64,000 nt of DNA, taken from Eledone cirrhosa (taxonomy: Eukaryota). The first letter of the stretch is position 1; every line of letters begins with the position of its first letter. The stretch covers positions 90,706,001 to 90,770,000 of the forward strand of contig OZ024747.1 of the NCBI GenBank assembly GCA_964016885.1. Direction: 5' to 3'. Below, in pieces: positions 52,827-64,000 of the stretch. The translations under genes were made by a program, and so were the position numbers. Under the pieces are notes generated by a model. That model had not been told where the DNA came from, searched no databases, and worked only from the letters and a program-made list of their open reading frames with translations.

Positions 52827-52895
52827 TATTAAAATAACAGATTAAAGTTTAAGCAAAGAATCGGTGCTTAATTTAGTCTTCAAATTTATTATTAT

Positions 52896-52896
<1 letters not shown>
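52827..52896 (+). mobile_element. Ultra-short family A copy (left arm start plus tail end)
   Basis: TATTAAAATAACAGATTAAAGTTTAAGCAAAGAATC joined to TTTAGTCTTCAAATTTATTATT. Confidence 0.8.
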
Positions 52897-52953
<57 letters not shown>

Positions 52954-53592
52954 TGCCACAAAGGATTGTCAGAAAAATTGCCAAACAAAGTATAGTGAGG
53001 ACTCTACAGTTGTGCCAAGGACATAATGATCTCCCTAGTGCTGCTGCCATGATATAATACATACCGTGGGAGTAGATGTATGTATATGTGTATATATAAT
53101 ATATATATATATAAGCATACATATAAATATATATATATATATCTAACACATGCTATTTACATATTTATATATATTGACACCTACACCTATTCAGTTTTTA
53201 TATTTGAAAGAAAATTTCTTCATATGTATATGTATATATATATTCAATATTATTGAAGCTAAAAAGTGAGTCTTTTTACTATGGAGTTTCATCTGTTTGT
53301 CACAGGGTTATCAGACAAGAACATGGATATATATATATATATATACATATAGACATCATGTAGGTGTCATGACAAAAAGCACCCAGTCCACATTCTGTTC
53401 ACGTATGTCTCACAATAAAAAGAGCACAGCCCACACACACACATATATGTGTGTGCATATGTGTGTATATACGCACATTATATATATATATAAACATACA
53501 ACTATTTGTGTATATAAATGCCTATATATATATATATATTTATATATACATATATATATATATATATTTATATATACATATATATATATATT

Positions 53593-53623
<31 letters not shown>

Positions 53624-54164
53624 TTATATATATATATACATATATATATATATTTATATATATATATACATATATATATATTTATATATATATATACATA
53701 TATATATATATTTATATAAATATACATATATATATATACATACATATATATATTTATATATATATATACACATATATATATATACATACATATATATATT
53801 TATATATATATATACACATATATATATATATACATACATATATATATTTATATATATATACATATATATATATATTTATATATATATACACATATATATA
53901 TACATACATATATATATTTATATATATATACACATATATATATACATACATATATATATTTATATATATATACACATATATATATATATTTATATATATT
54001 TATATATATATACACATATATATATATATTTATATAAATATACATATATATATATATATTTATATAAATATACATATATATATATACGTACATATATATA
54101 TTTATATAAATATACACATATATATATATATATTTATATAAATATACACATATATATATATATT

Positions 54165-54218
<54 letters not shown>

Positions 54219-54221
54219 CAC

Positions 54222-54258
<37 letters not shown>

Positions 54259-54261
54259 CAC

Positions 54262-54298
<37 letters not shown>

Positions 54299-54430
54299 CA
54301 CATATATATATATATATTTATATATATATACATATATATATATATATTTATATATATATACATATATATATATATTTATATATATATACATATATATATA
54401 TATATTTATATATATATACATATATATATT

Positions 54431-54480
<50 letters not shown>

Positions 54481-54481
54481 C

Positions 54482-54515
<34 letters not shown>

Positions 54516-54556
54516 TTATATATATTTATATATATATACACATATATATATATATT

Positions 54557-54762
<206 letters not shown>

Positions 54763-55091
54763 CATATATATATACATATATATTTATATATATATACATA
54801 TACATATATACATATATATTTTTATATATATACATATACATATATATTTATATATATATACATATACATATATACATATATATTTATATATATATACATA
54901 TACATATATACATATATATTTATATATATATATACATATATATATACATATATATATACATACATATATATATATACATAAACATATATATATACATATA
55001 TATATACATATATATATACATATATATAAACATATATATATACATATATATAAACATATATATATACATATATATATACATATATATATAC

Positions 55092-55225
<134 letters not shown>

Positions 55226-55230
55226 GTACA

Positions 55231-55297
<67 letters not shown>

Positions 55298-55301
55298 GTA
55301 C

Positions 55302-55424
<123 letters not shown>

Positions 55425-55439
55425 CATATATATATATAC

Positions 55440-55470
<31 letters not shown>

Positions 55471-55501
55471 CATATATATATATACATATATATATATATA
55501 C

Positions 55502-55667
<166 letters not shown>

Positions 55668-55687
55668 GTACATATATATATATATAC

Positions 55688-55719
<32 letters not shown>

Positions 55720-55767
55720 GTACATATATATATATATACATATATATATATACATATATATATATAC

Positions 55768-55814
<47 letters not shown>

Positions 55815-55843
55815 CATATATATATATACATATATATATATAC

Positions 55844-55874
<31 letters not shown>

Positions 55875-55889
55875 CATATATATATATAC

Positions 55890-55988
<99 letters not shown>

Positions 55989-56003
55989 CATATATATATA
56001 TAC

Positions 56004-56066
<63 letters not shown>

Positions 56067-56103
56067 CATATATATACATATATATATATACATATATATA
56101 TAC

Positions 56104-56160
<57 letters not shown>

Positions 56161-56195
56161 TATATACATTTATATATATATACATATACATATAC

Positions 56196-56248
<53 letters not shown>

Positions 56249-56258
56249 TATACATATT

Positions 56259-56310
<52 letters not shown>

Positions 56311-56320
56311 TATACATATT

Positions 56321-56355
<35 letters not shown>

Positions 56356-56362
56356 CCATATT

Positions 56363-56394
<32 letters not shown>

Positions 56395-56468
56395 CATATT
56401 TATATATATATATATATATATCCATATTTATATATATATATATACATATATATATATAAATACATATT

Positions 56469-56502
<34 letters not shown>

Positions 56503-56787
56503 CATATTTATATATATATATATATATATATACATATATATATACATATATATATACATATATATATACATATTTATATATATATATATATATATATATA
56601 CATAATTATATATATACATATATATATACATATTTATATATATACATATATATATACATATTTATATATATACATATATATATACATATTTATATATATA
56701 CATATATATATACATATATATATATACATATATATATATACACATATATATATACACATATATATATATACATATATATATATATAC

Positions 56788-56832
<45 letters not shown>

Positions 56833-56851
56833 TACATATATATATATATAC

Positions 56852-56888
<37 letters not shown>

Positions 56889-56939
56889 CATATATACATA
56901 TATATATATATACATATATATATATACATATATATATAC

Positions 56940-56984
<45 letters not shown>

Positions 56985-56985
56985 C

Positions 56986-57050
<65 letters not shown>

Positions 57051-57067
57051 CATATATATATATATAC

Positions 57068-57156
<89 letters not shown>

Positions 57157-57158
57157 CA

Positions 57159-57222
<64 letters not shown>

Positions 57223-57292
57223 CATATATATATATACATATATATATATACATATATATATATATACATATATATATATTTACATATATATA

Positions 57293-57541
57293 TCTCAAAA
57301 GGTGAGTTGAGATGGAGGGTTTGTGGTTTTTCTCGTGAGAAAAACCAGACCCTACATCTCAACTCACCTTTTGAAAAGCAGAAGAACTGCGAAACCGGTA
57401 AAGGAACCAAATAAATATATATATTTAAAAAAAAATAAGACTCCAGTTGCATTTTCGATTTCATCTCTTTTTCTTTATACTTTCACTCGTGTAGGACACC
57501 TCGGTTATTTTTCATTTTGTAAAAAAAACCTCACTTTCTAA
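57293..57541 (+). mobile_element. Fold-back element, family C, in (TA)n; Penelope-like terminus
   Basis: Hairpin 57295-57374 centred at ~57335, then a hammerhead-like motif and an AT-rich tail. Confidence 0.7.
57367..57404 (+). ncRNA. Variant minimal hammerhead-like motif
   Basis: CCUU-UUGAAAA-GCAG-AAGAA-CUGC-GAAA-CCGG-UA-AAGG: perfect stems I and II, palindromic ACCGGU helix III, non-canonical first core box. Confidence 0.6.
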
Positions 57542-57592
57542 TATATATACATACATATATATATATATATACATATATATATACATATATAC

Positions 57593-57627
<35 letters not shown>

Positions 57628-57700
57628 CATATATATATACATATATATATACATATATATATACATATATATATACATATATATATACATATATATATAC

Positions 57701-57731
<31 letters not shown>

Positions 57732-57732
57732 C

Positions 57733-57787
<55 letters not shown>

Positions 57788-57874
57788 CATATATATATAC
57801 ATATACATATATATATACATATATATATATATATACATATATATACATATATATCTACATATACATATATATAC

Positions 57875-57919
<45 letters not shown>

Positions 57920-58020
57920 TATATACATATATATATATATATACATATATATATACATATACATATATATATACATATATATATATATATACATATATAT
58001 ACATATATATCTACATATAC

Positions 58021-58153
<133 letters not shown>

Positions 58154-58167
58154 CATTATATATATAA

Positions 58168-58209
<42 letters not shown>

Positions 58210-58387
58210 ATATATATATATACTTTATATATATATATATACTTTATATATACATATATACATATATATATATATACACATACACATATATATATATATA
58301 CTTTATATATACATATATATATATATACATATGTATATATATATATACATATGTATATACATATATATATATACATTATATATATAC

Positions 58388-58418
<31 letters not shown>

Positions 58419-58422
58419 CATT

Positions 58423-58454
<32 letters not shown>

Positions 58455-58587
58455 TTTATATATACATATATATATATATATATACATATATATATACTTT
58501 ATATATATACATATATATATATATATATACATATATATATACTTTATATATATACATATATATATATATATACATATATATATACTT

Positions 58588-58624
<37 letters not shown>

Positions 58625-58630
58625 ATACTT

Positions 58631-58662
<32 letters not shown>

Positions 58663-58678
58663 CATATATATATACTTT

Positions 58679-58709
<31 letters not shown>

Positions 58710-58791
58710 ATATATATACTTTATATATATATATACTTTATATATACATATATATATATATATATACATATATATATACATATATATATAC

Positions 58792-58822
<31 letters not shown>

Positions 58823-59029
58823 CATATATATATATACATATATATATATACATATATATATATACATATATATATATATACATAAATATATATACATATA
58901 TATCTACATATATATATACATACATATATATATATACATATATATCTACATATATATATATACATATATATATATATACATATATATATAAATATATATA
59001 TACATATATATATACACATATATATATAC

Positions 59030-59080
<51 letters not shown>

Positions 59081-59085
59081 CATAC

Positions 59086-59132
<47 letters not shown>

Positions 59133-59149
59133 CATATATATATATATTC

Positions 59150-59212
<63 letters not shown>

Positions 59213-59292
59213 CATATATACATATATATATACATATATACATATATATATACATATATATATACATATATATATATACATACATATATATA

Positions 59293-59907
59293 TGGTGGCT
59301 GCCAACTCGTTTTCGAGTACGGCCACTACTTTATATCCATGTAGGAGAACCCCTACCGATGCGCTGAACGCGTGTGACTTTTTAGTCCAGCCAGCGACTT
59401 GAAAACTCTGGTACAAACACTACACTTGTGACAATTACTGACACATAGTGCTGGGCCCATGGTACCATGTGACGACAAGTGCAGAGAGATCTCCAGATAT
59501 AAAGCAATGCCTGTGCCGTGAAGCTTTTATAGTGAGCAAAGGCACTGCACAAAGCCAGTCCCACTCTCTTAACCAAGATGATATTTACCAAAAAGAAGAA
59601 CAAGTCAACATCATTGGATACCATCAGGGTTGCAGGTGTTATATCAGAGTTTTCCTTCTCCTAGAATTCTGCCTTGACAAAGGCTAAGGGGTCATCTCTC
59701 CCGGTGATTTTGGATGGCCATTGACTCTTAAGAGCTCCTTTGCCCTTTGACAGGTTTTGTTTTTAGTCCTGCAGGATGTCCAAAGTCACCCTCCTCACCA
59801 AGAAACCTTGGTGGGGTTGCCAGTTTAGTCGCCAACGACCCGACCATGGGACAGGTTGTACTGGGATACATGTTACCAGTAGCACCAACTGGTGACCTGA
59901 CATAAAC
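59293..59907 (-). mobile_element. Short RTE-related non-autonomous element with a C2H2 finger remnant, in (TA)n
   Basis: Minus strand encodes [23 protein letters not shown] (59353-59424). The 3' end GCCGTACTCGAAAACGAGTTGGCAGCCACCA runs into (TA)n; RTE 5'-UTR-like CTAGGAGAAGGAAACTCTGA lies upstream. Confidence 0.65.
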
Positions 59908-59927
59908 ATATATATATACATATATAC

Positions 59928-59972
<45 letters not shown>

Positions 59973-60183
59973 CATATATATATATATACATATATATATA
60001 CATATATATATATATACATATATATATATACATACATATATATATACATATATATATATATACATATATATATATACATACATATATACATACATACATA
60101 CATACATATATATATACATACATATATATATACATACATATATATATACATACATATATATATACATACATATATATATATAT

Positions 60184-60220
<37 letters not shown>

Positions 60221-60536
60221 CATACATATATATATATATATATACATACATATATATATATATATATACATACATATATATATATATATACATACATATA
60301 TATATACATACATATATATATACATACATACATACATATGTATATATATATATATATATATACATATATATTTATATATATATATATACTTATATATATG
60401 TATTTATATATATATATACATACTTATATATATGTATTTATATATATATATATATATACATACTTATATATATGTATTCATATATATACATACATATTTA
60501 TATACATATATATATATACACTTATATATATGTATT

Positions 60537-60568
<32 letters not shown>

Positions 60569-60622
60569 CATATATTTATATATAATGTATATATATATAT
60601 ATATACATATATAGTTATATAC

Positions 60623-60669
<47 letters not shown>

Positions 60670-60902
60670 ATGTATATACATATATATTTATATATATACA
60701 TATATATAATGTATATACATATATATTTATATATATACATATATATTTATATACATATATATATATTTATATACATATATATACATTTATATACATATAT
60801 ATACATATATATTTATATACCTATACATATATATATATAATGTATATATATATATATTTATATATATACATATATATTTATATACATATATACATATATT
60901 TA

Positions 60903-60954
60903 TATTTCGTTTCTGAATTATTAGCAACATGACCCTCCCAAAGTATAACAATAT
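60903..60954 (-). mobile_element. Ultra-short family B copy (arm start plus tail end)
   Basis: Minus strand ATATTGTTATACTTTGGGAGGGTCATGTTGCTAAT joined to AATTCAGAAACGAAATA. Confidence 0.8.
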
Positions 60955-60975
60955 ATTTATATATTCATATATATT

Positions 60976-61015
<40 letters not shown>

Positions 61016-61101
61016 CATATATATATATATTTATATACATTTATATATATATATATATATTTATATATATACATATATATTTATATATATACATATATAT
61101 A

Positions 61102-61139
<38 letters not shown>

Positions 61140-61247
61140 CATATATATATATATTTATATACGTATACATATATTTATATACATATACATATATTTATAT
61201 ATATATATATATTTATATATATACATATATATATATATTTATATATA

Positions 61248-61741
61248 TCATCATCATCATCATCGTTTAACGTCCCTGTTCCACGCTAGCATGGGTTTGG
61301 ACGGGGGTTTTCCCACTTGAGGCAAGAGTGGTTGTCTTGCTCGCATAGGACTGTCTGGCGGGTTTTCTACAGATGGATGCCCTTCCTAACACCAACCACA
61401 TTTACAGTGTGGGGCTGGGAGGTTTTTACCGTGTTGCCTACACGGCCACATTACAGTGTGGACTGTGTTTTTTGTCGTGATACCTACACGATCTCGTTTG
61501 TTTCGGCCTGGATGTTGTGGCACCAACATAACTTTGCATTGAAGGGGGTGGTGTGGATGGGGTGGGACGGGGGTGTATTTTGTTAGAGATGCCTACTGAC
61601 TAGTAAGTTTTACTTTGTATTTAGGTAAGGCGGGTCTTCTCTGTTACTGAGTACCGCCAAAGGTCTCGGTCCAGTGACATTGTCTTGGAGAGGTGTGTGA
61701 GGTCGGAATTTATCAGCTCGTCCCAGGTTTTCCTGTGTCTG
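61248..61741 (-). mobile_element. 5'-truncated RTE LINE, second subfamily
   Basis: Encodes RKTWDELINSDLTHLSKTMSLDRDLWRYSV, homologous to the end of ORF 62987-64000; has a 3' UTR and (GAT)n tail. Confidence 0.85.
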
Positions 61742-61775
<34 letters not shown>

Positions 61776-61819
61776 ACATATATATTTATATACATATAGA
61801 TATATATATATTTATATAT

Positions 61820-62220
61820 ATCATCATCATCATCATTTCATTTTACGTCCGCTTCTCCCTGCTTGCAAGGAATGAACTGATTTTGGCTTGGTTTCTACAG
61901 CTGGATGCCCTTCCTAACACTTTTTTCCGTGGCACCTCCACAACCACTTTGCAGTGGAATGATATGGACCCCAGTCCTATCATCTCATTTCTACAGCTGA
62001 GTAAACTGGAGCAATGTGAAATAAAGTGTCTTGCTCAAGGAAACAACACATCACCCGGTCTGAGAATTGAACTCACAACCTTTCAATTGCAAGGCCAATG
62101 CTCTAACCACTAAGCCATGTGCCTCCATCAAGGAAACAACACATCACCCAGTCTGAGAACTGAACTCACAACCTTTTGATTGCAAGGCCAATGCTCTAAC
62201 CACTAAGCCATGTGCCTCCA
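61820..62220 (-). mobile_element. Young tRNA/CORE-like SINE with RTE tail and a duplicated ~92-bp head
   Basis: Matches 32874-33228; the head segment occurs twice (~62036-62127 and ~62128-62220). Confidence 0.88.
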
Positions 62221-62685
62221 TATATATTTATACATATATATACATATATATATACATATATATACATATATATATACATATATATACATATATATATATT
62301 TATATATATATATATACATATATATATATTTATATATATATATATACATATATATATATTTATATATATATATATACATATATATATATTTATATATATA
62401 TATATACATATATATATATTTATATATATATATATACATATATATATATTTATATATATATATATACATATATATATATTTATATATATATATATACATA
62501 TATATATATTTATATATATATATACATATATATATATTTATATATATATATATATACATATATATTTATATATATATATATACATATATATTTATATATA
62601 TATATATACATATATATTTATATATATATATATACATATATATTTATATATATATATTTACATATATATTTATATATATATATAT

Positions 62686-64000
62686 CATCATCATCATCAT
62701 CATCACCGTTTTACGTCCGTTCTTCCACGCTAGCATGGGTTAGACGGGTTGTCCTGTTGTGGGCAGTGTCTGGTCGGCTGACCATGCCTTGCTCATACAG
62801 GAACTGATCTGGCTTGATTTCTACAGCTGGATGCCCTTCCTAACACCAACCTCATTTACAGTGAGTGCTGGGTGCTTTTTCGTGGCGCCTACACGTCCAC
62901 TTTACAGTGTGGGCTGGGTGCTTTTTTGCCGTGGCACCTCCACGACCACCTTGCGGTGGGGGGGGGGGGCATATTGTTTATATGCTTCAGCATGTACCCA
63001 TGGGAGGTCGGGTACCCTGTATTACTGCGTGACGCCAGAAGTCACGGTCGTGTGTCATTGACTTTGAGAGGTGTAGTTGGGTAAGGTCGGCTTTTATCAC
63101 CTCATCCCAAGTCATCTTGGGTCTCCCCACTCCGCGGTTTCCATCAACTTCTAGTGCTCTGCACCTTTTTATGCAGCTGTCATCCTTCATACGCATCACA
63201 TGTCCATACCAGCGTAACCGCCTCTCCTGCACGCAGCATTTGATTCCTCTTATGCTCAGTCTCTCTCTCAATTCATTTATGCTTTGTCGTTCACGTATAT
63301 TACTGTTACACATCCATCGGAGCATGCAGGCTTCGTTTCTCTCTAATCTACGTAAGTCTTCCACCTTCAGCGCCCAGGTCTCACTACCATGCAACATCGC
63401 TGTTCGGATACACGCATCATACAGTCTGCCTTTCATTCTGAGGGAGAAGCCTTTTGCAGCTAGCAGTGGTAGTAGTTCCCTAAACTTCTTCCATCCCGTT
63501 CTTACCCTAGTTATTGTACTTTCTGAGCACCCACCTCCGTTGCTAATTCGGTCACCTAGGTAGCAGAAGCTGTCTACTGTTTCTACAGGGCCCTCCCAGA
63601 GATTGGTGGTACTTGTTTCCTGTGGCTGTTTGCTTGCTGTTTCAGCACAGCTGCTGCATGTGAATCCTACATTCTTAATTAAGCTTCCTGAGATCCCGCT
63701 ACATCTCTTGTGTACCCATTGTTTGCATTTGGGGCAAAGAATGGAGTTCCTACCTACACCTTTCCTACATACTGAGCAAGGCCATTTCCCTGAGGGGATC
63801 TGGGTTCTGTTTTCTCGTCTACTTATAAGGACCTTAGTCTTTGTCATGTTGACTTTGAGGCCCTTTCTCTCTAGTCCCTGCTTCCAGGTTTGGAATTTAT
63901 TCTCTAGTTCTACCATAGATTCAGCTATGAGTGCGAGGTCATCAGCATACAGGAGTTCCCATGGGCATCCGGTCTTAAACTCCTCCGTTATTGCCTGCAG
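62686..64000 (-). mobile_element. Young RTE-clade LINE, 3' portion (continues beyond the window)
   Basis: Open ORF, ~300-bp 3' UTR and (GAT)n tail, inserted in (TA)n. Confidence 0.95.
62987..64000 (-). CDS. RTE LINE ORF2 C-terminal part: RT motifs, PHD-type Zn finger insert, RTE C-terminal region (5' partial)
   Basis: Frame is open from the window edge: LQAITEEFKTGCPWELLYADDLALIAES, KTKVL, FCYLG, MLHGSETW, RLRWYGHVMRM, GRPKMTW. Confidence 0.93.
   Translation of the reverse strand: MQAITEEFKTGCPWELLYADDLALIAESMVELENKFQTWKQGLERKGLKVNMTKTKVLISRRENRTQIPSGKWPCSVCRKGVGRNSILCPKCKQWVHKRCSGISGSLIKNVGFTCSSCAETASKQPQETSTTNLWEGPVETVDSFCYLGDRISNGGGCSESTITRVRTGWKKFRELLPLLAAKGFSLRMKGRLYDACIRTAMLHGSETWALKVEDLRRLERNEACMLRWMCNSNIRERQSINELRERLSIRGIKCCVQERRLRWYGHVMRMKDDSCIKRCRALEVDGNRGVGRPKMTWDEVIKADLTQLHLSKSMTHDRDFWRHAVIQGTRPPMGTC

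Overview
AT-rich eukaryotic (animal) DNA with no host protein-coding exon I can confidently call. The repeat families present are tRNA-headed Meta- and CORE-like SINEs, RTE LINEs ending in (GAT)n, and very long (TA)n tracts; they suggest a cephalopod, probably Octopus (inference). The window holds many SINE copies and a young RTE LINE at the right edge, with an open RT C-terminus and a PHD-type finger inside it. It also holds decayed LINE fragments (RTE, L1/Tx1-like, CRE-like), a deleted DD37D (maT) Tc1/mariner element, piggyBac, hAT and TcMar MITEs, minisatellites, and a ~9 kb (TA)n-derived satellite. Most long ORFs in the track are microsatellite artefacts. The most interesting signal is a set of at least four unrelated families of short, non-coding, fold-back elements inserted in (TA)n between 47.5 and 61 kb. 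Several carry minimal hammerhead-ribozyme-like cores and have the inverted-copy-plus-3'-tail layout of Penelope-like retroelement termini. Two ultra-short copies retain only the two fixed ends. Coordinates and alignments were read by eye, and repeat boundaries are approximate.
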